Of a stretch of 64,000 bases of DNA, positions 62,711-64,000 are shown piece after piece (within the stretch, counting starts at the first letter, position 1; the number at the start of each line of letters is the position of its first letter). The DNA is taken from assembly GCA_938003985.1 (NCBI GenBank), contig CALKWZ010000076.1, positions 11,045-75,044 on the forward strand, written 5' to 3'. Under the pieces are notes generated by a model. That model did no database searches. It saw only the letters and a program-made list of their open reading frames with translations, and was not told where the DNA came from. The position numbers and the translations under genes are program-made. Source of the DNA: an uncultured Verrucomicrobiota bacterium (GTDB lineage: Bacteria > Verrucomicrobiota > Kiritimatiellia > CAIQIC01 > Lenti-01).

Positions 62711-64000
62711 ACACACGGCGGCGGAATTGGGCGGGGCGGGTCGGGATGCTGGTCGCGGCGTGCGGCGCGGCCGTCGCCGCGGCGGCCGACCGGGGCGGGG
62801 CCGATCCGGCGCCGATCCTGGCGCCGGGCTACGCCGCGGAAGAGGCCGTCACGGCTTCGGCCGGCGGCGGCCTGGTGCAGTTCAGCTTCGAGCAGGCGGA
62901 CATCCGCCTCGTCACGCAGATCGTCGGCAAGCTCACCGGCAAGAAGTTCGTGGTGCCCGAAGGCGTCACGGGCAAGATCACGATCCTGGCGCCCGGACCG
63001 GTCATGGTCGCGGAAGTGTATCCCCTGTTCCTGAGCACGCTGGAAGCCAGCGGCTACACGGTGGCCGAGCGCGACGGCGTCTACCGGGTCGTGGCCATGC
63101 CCGGCGGGCCCGCGCTGCCGGCGGGCAGCGGCGTCGGCGGCGGCCTGGTCACCAAGCTGATCCCGCTGAAGAACGTGGCCGCGGCCGACGTGAAGAAGAG
63201 CTTCGAGCCGCTCGTGCGCGGCGGCAAGGAAGGCGCGCTGGAGGCGTTCGCCCCCGGCAACCACCTGATCGTCACGGACACGGCCGAGAACGTCGCGCGC
63301 CTGGAAGCGCTCGTGGCGGAAATCGACCGGCCCGGCGCCGGCAGCGCGATCGAGGTCGTCGCGCTCAAGCACGCCGGCGCCGAGGAAGTCGCCCGGCAGC
63401 TGCGCGCGACGTTCGGCGCGGCCGACAGCGCCGTCAACAAGGTCAACCGCCACATGCAGCAGGTGGCCGGCGGCCTCGGCGACCTGCCGACGGACTTCAC
63501 CGTCGTCGCGGCGCCCCAGGCCAACAGCCTGATCCTCGTGGGCCTGCCCATGCAGATCGCCGAGACCAAGCGGATCATCGCGATGATGGACGTGGAAAAT
63601 CCCCACGGCTTCGGGCGGCTGAACGCGATCTTCCTGAAGTACCTCTCGGCGGAAGAAGCGGCCAAGAGCCTGAACGCGCTTCTGGGCAAGGCGCCGGCGG
63701 CGGACGGCGCGCCGGTCGAGCGGGACATCGCGATCGAGCCGAGCGTGCCGAACAACGCGCTGCTGGTGGACGCCTCGCCGCAGGATTTCGAATACGTGCG
63801 GCGGCTGGTGGAACGGCTCGACGTCGTGCCGCAGCAGGTGCTCGTCGAAGTGCTCATCGCCGAGGTCAATCTCGAGCAGGGGCTCGACCTGGGCGTCGAG
63901 TGGTTCGGCATCGACCAGCCCGAAGGCAGCGGCACCGGCGGTTTCGGCCGCTCGCGCTACGGCGACAGCGATTCGATGATGGGCCTGCTGACGGAAGGCG
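62707..64000 (+). CDS. gspD: Type II secretion system secretin GspD (5' partial, runs off the window)
   Basis: ATG at 62707 (ATGA overlap with the lpxA stop). Signal peptide, an N0 domain (VQFSFEQADIRLVTQIVGKLTGKKFVV) and repeated N1-N3-type modules (IPLKNVAAADV.., VALKHAGAEEV.., FLKYLSAEEA..). No stop codon before position 64000. Confidence 0.8.
   Translation, partial: MNTRRRNWAGRVGMLVAACGAAVAAAADRGGADPAPILAPGYAAEEAVTASAGGGLVQFSFEQADIRLVTQIVGKLTGKKFVVPEGVTGKITILAPGPVMVAEVYPLFLSTLEASGYTVAERDGVYRVVAMPGGPALPAGSGVGGGLVTKLIPLKNVAAADVKKSFEPLVRGGKEGALEAFAPGNHLIVTDTAENVARLEALVAEIDRPGAGSAIEVVALKHAGAEEVARQLRATFGAADSAVNKVNRHMQQVAGGLGDLPTDFTVVAAPQANSLILVGLPMQIAETKRIIAMMDVENPHGFGRLNAIFLKYLSAEEAAKSLNALLGKAPAADGAPVERDIAIEPSVPNNALLVDASPQDFEYVRRLVERLDVVPQQVLVEVLIAEVNLEQGLDLGVEWFGIDQPEGSGTGGFGRSRYGDSDSMMGLLTEG

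Overview
This is a high-G+C bacterial chromosomal segment. The gene content, including giant TSP3/MBG-repeat surface proteins, a Lys/Ala-tailed HTH protein and GspD, suggests a PVC-type or similar Gram-negative organism, but the taxon cannot be proven from sequence alone. I can support about 55 CDS, 3 tRNA genes, several intrinsic terminators and four repeat or mobile-element families. All protein calls come from reading the supplied translations and recognising family motifs from memory; no searches were run. Most long ORFs in the six-frame track are GC-driven shadow frames and were discarded.

Layout:
- 1-29.1 kb is core metabolism and envelope. It includes an aminotransferase, malic enzyme, NfeD, a TrpR-like protein, msbA, trxB, nadK, tlyA, a GNAT, an ABC-F protein, malQ and an NCS2 permease. 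It also carries a 1957-aa secreted nuclease/adhesin.
- 29.2-36.0 kb is a visibly lower-G+C island ending beside tRNA-Ser. It carries a tightly packed toxin / HTH-antitoxin / SecB-like chaperone (TAC-type) trio, followed 30 nt later by a 1491-aa Type IIG restriction-modification fusion enzyme. Converging on these are a degraded gene and a GIY-YIG + RAMA-like protein.
- 37-52.6 kb holds cstA, a LacI regulator, a GldG/ABC-2/DUF4340 cluster with a glycosyltransferase, a TolC-HlyD-FtsX pump, and an exported Memo-AMMECR1 fusion.
- 52.9-57.0 kb holds small membrane proteins and a secreted Cys-phosphatase. It then runs into a second low-G+C islet with a lipoprotein and a minimal DUF4263 (Shedu-type) nuclease.
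- The DUF4263 gene is preceded by an about 780-bp non-coding region packed with phased 10-bp words and long imperfect hairpins.
- 57.8-64 kb holds a secreted Endonuclease I, tRNA-Leu, fabZ, lpxA and a partial gspD.

The most interesting candidates are:
- the TAC + Type IIG operon-like island;
- the repeat/hairpin-dense leader of the Shedu-like gene;
- a phased AT-rich palindrome family (7 copies in two clusters);
- a 170-bp MITE-like element that supplies the tlyA stop codon;
- four signal-peptide-bearing nucleases in a single window.
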